DNA of 63,655 nt, the filler included, from Phoronis australis (lineage: Eukaryota; Animalia; Phoronida): NCBI GenBank assembly GCA_002633005.1. It is 9 parts of 9 records of this genome, joined end to end, with 100 filler letters (N's around TTAATTAATTAA, not from the genome) between each part and the next. Parts side by side here need not be neighbours in the genome. Positions count along the whole stretch, not along the records: positions 54,707 to 57,357 come from NMRA01003525.1; positions 57,458 to 60,868 come from NMRA01003037.1; positions 60,969 to 63,655 come from NMRA01003498.1; 6 more parts are not named here. One strand, given 5' to 3'. The translations under genes and the position numbers were made by a program. The notes beneath the pieces are model-generated. The model saw nothing but the letters and a program-made list of their open reading frames with translations. It did not search any database and was not told the DNA's origin. Position 1 is the stretch's first letter. Every line of letters starts with the position of its first letter. This document shows positions 54,707-63,655 of the stretch, piece after piece.

Positions 54707-54978
54707 ATGCTGATAGTCCTCGGTATCTTGGCAACAACAGGAGCCGTCACCAGTTGTATTGGTGTATACACAAAGACGTCATACCAATTAACCTGAAAAT
54801 GAAAACAAGTGACTGATCGTTACAATTTTTTGGTACAAATCCCCTGGCTTTAATTTGAATTAGAAATTGGGATGAGGTTAATTAATACAAAGAATGCAAA
54901 CACTTAACTTACCAGCACAAACAGCAGTCTCTCGATGATACGCACAAGCCAAACAACTGCTTTCAGAGGATGAGTCAT
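54707..54978 (-). CDS. 5' exons of an unidentified gene, possibly CDP-alcohol phosphatidyltransferase-related; exons 54999-54913 (ATG 54978) and 54792-54707 (to the gap)
   Basis: ttttag|...ATG MTHPLKAVVWLVRIIERLLFVL|gtaagt joins in phase 0 to ttttcag|VNWYDVFVYTPIQLVTAPVVAKIPRTIS. The family assignment is a weak recollection; the diagnostic D-x-x-DG motif is not in view. Confidence 0.55.
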
Positions 54979-57484
54979 GGTTGTTTCACGATTGGTTACC
55001 TAAAACAAACAATTATAAATGAATAGACCCTCTTCGAAACGAAATAAAAAATGATAGAGCTTATCTGAGGAACGACACTTGGCGAAATTGACCGAACACG
55101 TAAATTCGAGTACGAAGGCAGCAACACCAAGGACGATCACTATGACGACCCTTATATCTGGACGCCTACGGCGATAGCAAAAACGACATCGAAGACTACT
55201 GACTACACAGCAATCGAAACTTTTCGACAATGTAAACCCCGACAGCAATGACAGCATGCACTACCGAAGGCTACACTGATGCCAACCCCAGCACCAATTA
55301 TATCACTTAATGACACAGCTGATGCCGTATTGTACGCGATTAATTCAACATTTTGAAGTACCAGTCGTCCAAACCCCCTCAGTCAACAGACTTTGAAAAA
55401 GGACGAGACACTTTTATGCAAACATGAAGATTTACAGAGTAAATTGATTAAGATTTCAAAACCAAGAGAACAGTTTTTTGGAAATGCAGAATTAGTTCTC
55501 CAGGTACCCTTCTCTGGAAAGTGATAATGGAGTAATCTGTCGCTCTGTCTCTATTTTTGAAAATGTACATCACTATATGAACTTGACGGAGAGGAACCTA
55601 ATGCTAGCATCAGTTGCTGCAAGGGTTCATTGGTGTCTGATTTACATGTTTATGTGTCAACGAAAATCGACCGATTCATTGACGAATTTTCATAATTAGA
55701 AGCTAATCTTGTAGGAAATTGATGATGCTTCAGTGAACTTATCTACACTGAAATCTGTATTATCTGACCTTAAACAGCTAAGTGAACTTGATGATGTTTC
55801 TGTCAATCTGAAAAAGTCTAATAAGATGGTGTTTCCGTGAATTTTGACGTTGATGACATTGTGACAGTTCTATGGTAGTTGCGACCCCCGGGGGAGGGGC
55901 AAACACCAGAAACTTGTTTTAATATGCGTTCTTCAACAGAACGTATTTTGAAACACTGTTTTAGGCAACATATCAATAAAACCACTTCCTGATAAAACGC
56001 ATCCTAACTGAAAGTTATTGCGTGCGTATCGATCTCGACCTCTGTTGTGTTCTGAGCAAAAATGGGGTACGTGCGACGAAAACGTCGCAATATCCGCTAT
56101 GAACGGGTGGCGGTTGAAATTTCGTATAGCGGTAGCACCCGTACTAGACGATTTAGAGCGTAATGTGATGGAAAATCTGATCGTGACGAAAAGAAATAGG
56201 CATCCAGAGATGAAGAAGTTAGAGGCTGTGCGAAAATTTCATGTTAGTCAGCAGATAAGAAATGCGGCCTGTACCTGCGAACAAACAAAATTCTTCACAA
56301 TTAAGACAGATATACTTAGGGAAATTTATTTTGTCAAGTATCTGCCAATGGCAAAAACGTTAACGCGATGACAATAGGAAGAAAACCAAGGTTTCATAGA
56401 AAACGAACAAATATGGCTACGTTATGCAAGGAAACTTTGGAAAGCATGGCATCCAAGGCTGAAATTTGAAACGCCAACATCATTACATGTACTGACAAAG
56501 CAACCAATGCGCGCAGGTGAGTTGTTATTGATACGTGTGGCTCAGAAGCCTGGAATGATGCATAAGTTGAGTGAGAATATTTGGCGTCAGTCAATTTGTG
56601 TTCATTTCAAAACTTCGAATGAGTTTTATTTTCAATTTTAAGACGAAAACATTTGCATTTGTAAAAAATCAATTATTAAACTCACCCCATATTTTGACGG
56701 CTCACATTATCAGGGCCTCCAGACTACCTATAGCTTGCCGCTGCGAAACCATAGCCCGGTAGTCTGCCGCCGCCCACTTATCCAAAAAGGACTTCTAACA
56801 TTTTTTCGTGTTCATGTTCATGTTCATTTCAAGAAAATGAAAATGTTCCAGAAATATACTCACAGCTGCAAAAATTCAAGCTCTCGTCAACGAAGGGCTC
56901 TGTATGCACCTCGCCTTTCTGCAATAGCAATTCTAGCGAACGAGTCCCATCGGTCCAGTACGAGACCGTCCATTCCGCCTCGATAGCTGAAGTGTCGAGG
57001 AGGCGTACTGTGCTTGTATTTTGATAAAAGAAGAACATGTGATGAACCATGCAGATTACTAAATTCCGAAACATGGGATTATTATGATATACGGCGTGAT
57101 AAGCAGATACCTTATCGAAATTTCTGGCGTAGATTCGATGCACATCTTTATTATGATGATCTACGGCTTACGCAAAGCAGTGCTCTCGAGAACGGGCAAA
57201 GGGGAGCACAGCCCGGGTCCCGAATTAGTGAAAGGGCCGAGCGAAGGAGGCGAAGTAGAAAAAACTCGGTGCAATAAAAATTATATTTCCTCAGGGCCCT
57301 TCCGGGCTTTTTAGACCAAATGATGAAACTCTGGGACTCCTTAAACCTCATTACAGANNNNNNNNNNNNNNNNNNNNNNNNNNNNNNNNNNNNNNNNNNN
57401 NTTAATTAATTAANNNNNNNNNNNNNNNNNNNNNNNNNNNNNNNNNNNNNNNNNNNNCTTCGCCTGGTTCCAGTTCAAACTCAC

Positions 57485-60400
57485 CATTCAGGAAACTTGC
57501 TGTTACCTCAGAAATGTGAACCCGGCTGCAAAAAGGCATGTACATTGTAGAATGACAGTTGTCATTACACAGAAGCGTCAATACTCCGAAGGTTTATTAC
57601 TCCACAGGTTCACCATTTCAATTCATCACTCCAAAGTGTCACTACTCCGATGGTTCACTACTCCGAAGGTTTACCACTCCGAAAATTCACCACCGCGAAG
57701 ATTTACTATTCCGAAGGTTCACGATTCCGAAGGCTCCCTACCCTCTGAAATTTCATTACAATGTCTGCTAACGAGGCGGAACTGACATGCACAGAGGATT
57801 GTATTTGCTTCCAATCAGTGAAGACCGACAGGCACAGGGCAGGTCACTAGTGACACCTAGTTTCGACCCAGCGTGTGTTTCCTGTGTGATGGGTGGTGTC
57901 GAGGAGCAGAAGATAAATTTTTTTTCTGACGTACTGTGAAATAGTGCGATCCGCACATGGATTTGGTGAATGGTTTGGAGTTGAAAATTGATATTCGTAT
58001 TTCATATTCTTTTTCCGTACTCATAGGATATGCTTTGTACCCCAATTTCTCCTGGGCATGAAACTGGGGGTATTATGATGTGCCTGACGAACAAATTTTA
58101 TCATTACTTTTGCACTTATTACATCCATGCAAATGAGTGGGTGGCAAACTGAATATCCATATTTTGCTAAAATCTGTTTCAATTCCGGCTAAATCTCAAA
58201 CAAATCTCAACAGGTGCTGCTTCATGTCCGTTGTCAAAATCACGACACCTTACTGCACAAGACTATTCACAAATAAATCTTTAGCGGTTAGGCGCATCAA
58301 AGTCACATTGATGTCCGACACGATTCGACAAAGATGTCAAATATATTGTGACTAAACAGTCAAATTATTCTGTCAAGAAGTTTATCCCAGAAATCTGTCG
58401 AGGTCTGTCTAGTTTATTCTGAAAAGTACTGTAGACACACGCATGCATGAAAATGAAATTACGCGTCTCTTTAACCACCTAACCACTGATTTTCACGTTT
58501 CGGCGAACAAGATAATTCCGAACTGTTTACATTTAATCGAGATCAGTATCGATCGACGCAGATACTACTGCCGTGCAAAGCCGTGTAAAACGTTCGTAGG
58601 AAATGAGAGCATGGCATGGGGTCCAGGTCTATTCGTCCAATGGGGTTGTAGTATGTTACATCGCTGGTCGTTTTTATCTTCATATTTTAGGTCTTTCGTT
58701 TTAAGGAATTGGGCAAGTATGCAATCCAAATGACCCATCTGTAGCCCAAAGTCTGTTTCCTAAGCATTAAAGGAGAATGCCACCCGATATTATTAGTCTT
58801 TTTTGCCGTCTTAATCGGTCTATATCCACATGGCCTCGCATACGGTCGACCTTACCTTGCCAAGAGGTGTCGCGTTAACCTGTGAGGAAGGTGAGAAACG
58901 ACGCTAGCGACGTCAGTGGTTCATATGCAGTGTGAATGCCGCTATGTTGCGGTGCATCGTTCCCGCTTGTCCGAACTAAGCAGCTGCGAGGAAAGCGGGT
59001 GTATCGTTTTTTTACTTCCTCGAGAGTTCAAAATGGTTAGGAAGTGGCTCATGTTAGTGAAGAATGAAATGTACGCTGTTAATAGCAAGTATGAGGCCGT
59101 GAAACATCTCCGTGTCTGTCTGGCCTGCAGACGTCGACCGTGCCTGACGAATGTCGGCTTAACAAATAACCGTCCATACATTCCGTTGTCTGAGCTTGTT
59201 CACGGCGCCTCTCTAGTATTTCTTCATCACTGTATTCATGTTCGAATTGATAGCCTGTGAAACTTAACAATCCACCTGCGAAGTCGGGACTGATGAGCTC
59301 TAGCTCGTCCAAGTCGGGATTGCGATTTGCCATGTTGGCGTTTATTACTGAGCGTTCTGTTTCAAAAGGACTTATTCTCACCCTAGCCAATACATATATA
59401 AAACTGAAACAAAGTCTGTCTCATTAGATGCAATTTGTAATGCCTTTGGAGTGTTGGTGAGTGCAAATGATTTGAGAAGCCAGCAAAGAATAAATCACTG
59501 CGTTACCGGCTTTAGGTGCAATAAAACTAATTGACACCGGGGACATCGAGGCCGTGTGTTTGCTGACAGAAACTGTTGTGAAAGAACTCGATTTCCATCC
59601 CACGGCCAGGTGTTAGGGGAATCTTTATTTACATTTACATTACTCAAATAATGATTGCCAATGTACAACTTCTGCCCTGACGGTGCTGTGGCCAAAACGG
59701 AACCTGAATTCGCTGCCCCCGACGAGTAAGTAGATTTGCAGTTTCGTGGCTAATTCACCATCATAATCACGTGCACATTACTTTGGCTAACTAGTATAGT
59801 ATTTTCTTGACTAGAAGTTTAGTTTCCACTGAACTTTGGTTGGTTTATGTTCGTGATGTCTGATCAGTTTCCGAGCCACTGGCCGGGATCGCGATAACGA
59901 GCCAATCTGACCGGCCGCGACGGGCCTGATCGGGCTCCGAGCCACTGGCCAGGGTAACAAACGTTTTGTGTTTAGAACTGAAAAAATAACAAGTCTAAAC
60001 AACACAGATCTAGGTTCTCCTGTCTGTATCTCACAGAAAATACTTCGAAATTATCTCCGAACAGACCACAAACTCCTGCTACGGACCTTATTGTCCTGCC
60101 GAACTTTGTAGGCTACGATGAGTCCAAATACCAATAAATCCGTAAGAGCCAAATTAAATAACACGTTTTTATAAGAAGTCGGTGTATTTTTAAGGGTTTT
60201 ACATCGAAGTTTGATGATTTATTGGTGTTAAACGATGACTTCAAGAGATAAGCTGACACCAGTAACCAGTGTTGTGAACTGTTGAACAGACTGCGTGTGA
60301 AACCGATGACGTCGTTGGATAATTTCAACACCTCCGTCTGCCGTCAGGTGTCAGGTAACGCAACCGTACATGTCGTTATGCAGTAAAACTACTCGATCTA

Positions 60401-60818
60401 AATTGATACAAATTAGGTTGTTTTTTGGGTGGCATGCTCCTCTAAGGTGGTGCCACCTCTACACCCTTCACTCTGCATCCTTTTTACTCACGATCCATCG
60501 ACAACAGACCCACACGGTTGTCTATGTAATTTTGCATATTTATTGAATCTATATCGATAAAGGTCGGACAACTGATAGTCAATGACTGCTACTTATTGCT
60601 CGTCTTTTCGTTGAAACGAAGAAAAATCAGAGTGGTGGATGAATAACTTTGTTGAGCAAAACACGTAGACATTAGGAAGGCTAATTGTTGTTTCAATTAA
60701 ACACGACACGCACACAGGTTATAGGCTAAACGTACACACAATTACCTTTTTATTAAACCAATGATCATATCGGACAAATGAAACTAATCACATACCCAGG
60801 AAGGCCGCCGCTTTCCAT
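57485..60818 (-). CDS. 5' micro-exons of an unidentified gene; exons 60818-60796, 60521-60492, 57525-57485
   Basis: CAAAATG start; donors gtatgt, gtgagt, gtgagt; compatible phases (2, 2) give MESGGLPGQPCGSVVDGSRVHISEVTASFLN. Exons are short, so chance cannot be excluded. Confidence 0.45.
57580..57735. repeat. Degenerate minisatellite, ~16 bp x ~10
   Basis: TTCACTACTCCGAAGG-like units. Confidence 0.8.
58771..60441. mobile_element. Internally deleted Kolobok DNA transposon with convergent THAP-transposase and KolX (P2X7 C-terminus-like) remnants
   Basis: TTAA-AGGAGAATGCCACCC ... GGGTGGCATGCTCCT-CTAA (15-bp TIR, TTAA-type TSD). The + strand at 58944-59122 gives MLRCIVPACPN*...GVSFF/LPREFKMVRKWL...HLRVC (THAP, disrupted). 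The - strand from 59333 gives MANRNPDLDELE...GYQFEHEYSDEEILERRRE (KolX-like start). Confidence 0.78.
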
Positions 60819-61644
60819 TTTGTTTGCAAGATTGACTTCTTTTCCTAAGACGTCAAACTGCCACTGCTNNNNNNNNNNNNNNNNNNNNNNNNNNNNNNNN
60901 NNNNNNNNNNNNTTAATTAATTAANNNNNNNNNNNNNNNNNNNNNNNNNNNNNNNNNNNNNNNNNNNNCCAAGCGACATTGTTGAGAATTCGTCTTGTTG
61001 ACCTCATTTTCAGCCTCTTGACCTTTGCTCAATGAGTAAACACTAAACTCATTGCCATATTCTAAATAAGAGTATTTCACTCAGGTTTTGAGTGACATCA
61101 CGAATAATTAAAACTGAAGTTATGATTAGCCAGTAATAATAAATGAGATTTTCCCAGTTCACATAATACCTAGTTATTGCACTTACTCTTCTAACATCGT
61201 TTTAGTCAACAAAGAGCCAAACAGTAATTTTGTTGCCCAACCGTGCCGGCAAAGTTCAAAATTGTCAATAACTTTATTGTAAGACATAAAGATAGTGGAC
61301 AACCTTCAGTAGGCACTTGAGATCCCATTTGGTGTGTTGAGCAACTAAAAGTTGAAGTCGCTTTCACCGACTGAAGGTCGGGCAGAAGTTGCCACAGGCA
61401 ATTTAAGGTCACACTTGGCAAGCTAGTATTCAACAAACAATAGCAGCATTCAAGTCAGCAGGCAACAAATGGGAATTTCAAACTCACTAGCACATAAATT
61501 CTAATATCAAGCAATTTATATAAAAATTGGCATTTCCAGTCAATTGCAATTCAATAATTCTATTTTTGCAATTTTTAAGTATCTGTTAACTATTTTTCAA
61601 AGCAAGGATTTTCTCCTGTGAGAACTTTCCCCTTATCAACTTAC

Positions 61645-61814
61645 TTCGAGTAATAAAACAGCTTAGCACTAAATAACTGTTTCTCCACTTCAGTACAATC
61701 ACTCAGGCTCTCTTTGATTTTATTCCAGCCATGTTGAAACACCGTGTCCTTATCGAAGTCGTAGTTATCAAAGTTGACGCAGATGTCTTTGAACGCATTA
61801 TTATCCTCCTCCAT
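61645..61814 (-). CDS. PEX39: First coding exon of a PEX39/C6orf226-like protein (PEX14-like helix-loop-helix N-terminal region)
   Basis: ATC-ATG-G start, MEEDNNAFKDICVNFDNYDFDKDTVFQHGWNKIKESLSDCTEVEKQLFSAKLFYYS, then donor gtaagt. F-x-x-YDF-x-x-D-x-x-FQ-x-G...AK-x-FYY matches the N-terminus of PEX39-type homologs as recalled. The C-terminal KPWE exon was not found before the gap. Confidence 0.72.
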
Positions 61815-61905
61815 GATTTCAAACTTTTAAAAATGTCTCTATCTTCAATTCAAATCCCTCTAAAACTATTGTAAATGTTCGTTAGTCACTGCTTATTAAG
61901 TCAGT

Positions 61906-63379
61906 CTACTCTTTCTGCAATGCCTCTTTATAACGCTTGATGTAGATTTCTCGTTCACTTTCCGGAGGCATGTATGGCTTCAACCTCTGGCGACGCCTTT
62001 CTCTGGTCACACTAGCCTGCAAAAGAGCTTTTACCATGAGAGACTGTTGCTAGGTGATATCGTTACCACGAATGAAAGTTAACGTAACAAATGATTATCG
62101 CAAATAATGGTAACGATAAGTTGCGAAGATACTGTCACTGAGAGACTGTTAGCATTAGTAGACTATTATTATTAAGACAGATAGTTACCACCATGGCAGA
62201 TTGATAACGTGACGATTACCATGAATAACAGTTACCAAGAGTGATTGTTGCCACCATACTGAGAGGCGTTACTACAACCATAGATTACAGACAATACATT
62301 CGCAATTACGACATTTTCTTACGTACTATCCTAGAGGAGGCGCCACTCTCCTAAATTACCAATTTCAATTTCCGGTTAGTGTATTGAGACGGGAAATTCT
62401 CGCATCTATTTTGCTGTCCAGTTAGACTAAAAAAAAGTTGGCAGTCCATGTACTAGTCTATGCTGCAACAGACTGTTACCATTAGAAACTGTTACCATGA
62501 ATGCTAAGACAGTCTATATGAAGTAACGTTACTATGAGAGACTGCTGTGAAGCAAGGACAACTCGCCGCATGGGGCATATGACCGATGTGGTTACCAAGC
62601 TGTGTAATTAGGGAATACTTTCACTTCTCGCTGAAGGGAGTAAAGGCATGTTTTTGACTTTATGTAAAACAAACACTCCGAGACACACCAGCATTCTCAC
62701 CAGGCTTTTAACCGCCAAACTCGCTTTTTCAGCTACCACGCTCATATTCGCCCACTGTGCTATAATTTTGTGCCCCATGCTCAAGTTTTGATCAATTTTC
62801 ATATCAATTGTGACATATCAGTGCTTTTTAGTAACATCAACTTGCAAATTGCTCCATCTTGCAAACTAGCATCCACAGGAAACTGAATTGCCCTTTACAC
62901 AGTAATTATCACATACATGTATGATTAGTGTTGCCCACAAAAAAATTAACCAAGAAAATGGTCGTCGCCCTTTAGGGAGTTACCTAAATACTGTGAATGA
63001 CAGCATTCCATGATTACCACTGCACTCAACATTAATTTCAGAGAGAACACATCACAATCATGAGTTTCACACTGAACTGGAGTGGTACACTCTTTCAAGG
63101 AAAACTGTAGGCATCAGTCCCAGTTGTCAATCGCTTTAAAGCAGTCTTGTCTGTGAATTATAGAAGCTTTGGACTACAGATACAAAAATGATGTACTGTA
63201 CTGGTTTCAGAAAATCTTTTCTCTGTACAATCTTCAGACTATGATTAAAAGTGCCTCACCCCAGTTGTGAAATACATTACCCAAAAGTCTTTGCAGTTAC
63301 GATAGTTTTGGAAATGCTTTGAACACTTGTCACGGTCGTAGTCATGATCACCTAAACACTTATATGCCATTTCCTGCTC
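61906..63379 (-). CDS. CHCHD7: CHCHD7/COX23 twin CX9C mitochondrial intermembrane-space protein; exons 63379-63281 and 62016-61906 (first exon outside the window)
   Basis: ttgcag|EQEMAYKCLGDHDYDRDKCSKHFQNYRNCKDFW|gtaatg and ttgcag|ASVTRERRRQRLKPYMPPESEREIYIKRYKEALQKE*. Matches CHCHD7 (CL...YDR..C..YF..Y.NC..FW...RR...KP.MP...ER). Confidence 0.93.
62030..62545. repeat. Degenerate short-unit repeat in the last CHCHD7 intron
   Basis: Scattered GTTACCATGAGAGACT-like units at 62030-62290 and 62470-62545. Confidence 0.6.
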
Positions 63380-63655
63380 CTGCAAAAAAGTAGAAATATA
63401 TAATCACCCGTCTACTTCAAACCCACACAGAAAGCCATATTAAAACGAAGCCAACACTTAAAAAAGATTTGTTCAAGAGCACACAAACAACACACACATG
63501 ATTTCACAAACAACACACACATGATTTCACAGGCGGAAACAACGTAATAATGGCCAGCTGCCAATTTGGGCAACTGAAAAAACGAGTATTCGAAAAAAAT
63601 AAAGTTTGACTGAGGAAGTACTGAGTATTAGTTCAAACTGGGAACAGTTCATGAT

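Noticed and set aside
60796-60818. MESG... start resembling the human XPF N-terminus
   Set aside because: A four-residue coincidence, 26 kb and several gaps away from ERCC4, with other genes in between.

Overview
AT-rich, intron-containing animal genomic DNA, probably a marine invertebrate (inferred from gene and transposon content), from a draft scaffold. Contigs are joined by N-spacers carrying an artificial TTAATTAATTAA linker, and two single-N junctions duplicate flanking sequence. Genes reconstructed by hand from GT-AG exons: (1) the 3' end of an unidentified + strand gene (3711-10983); (2) an intronless LRR-Ig-TM receptor (23056-24369 +); (3) the 5' ten coding exons of ERCC4/XPF (34491-26836 -), whose 3' half is not found in the window; (4) three very large exons of a giant beta-solenoid/adhesin-like repeat protein (41985-37868 -) with a +1 frameshift; (5) two small unidentified - strand gene fragments; (6) CHCHD7/COX23 (63379-61906 -), followed only 91 nt downstream on the same strand by the first coding exon of a PEX39/C6orf226-like gene. 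Item 6 is a candidate bicistronic or shared-promoter mitochondrial-plus-peroxisomal unit and is the most interesting observation. The rest is transposon debris (Kolobok with THAP and KolX remnants, pogo-like elements with a HIRAN-like remnant, Harbinger, Penelope, hAT MITEs, tRNA-SINEs, a Helentron-like element) and minisatellites. Family assignments come from remembered motifs; no database searches were run.
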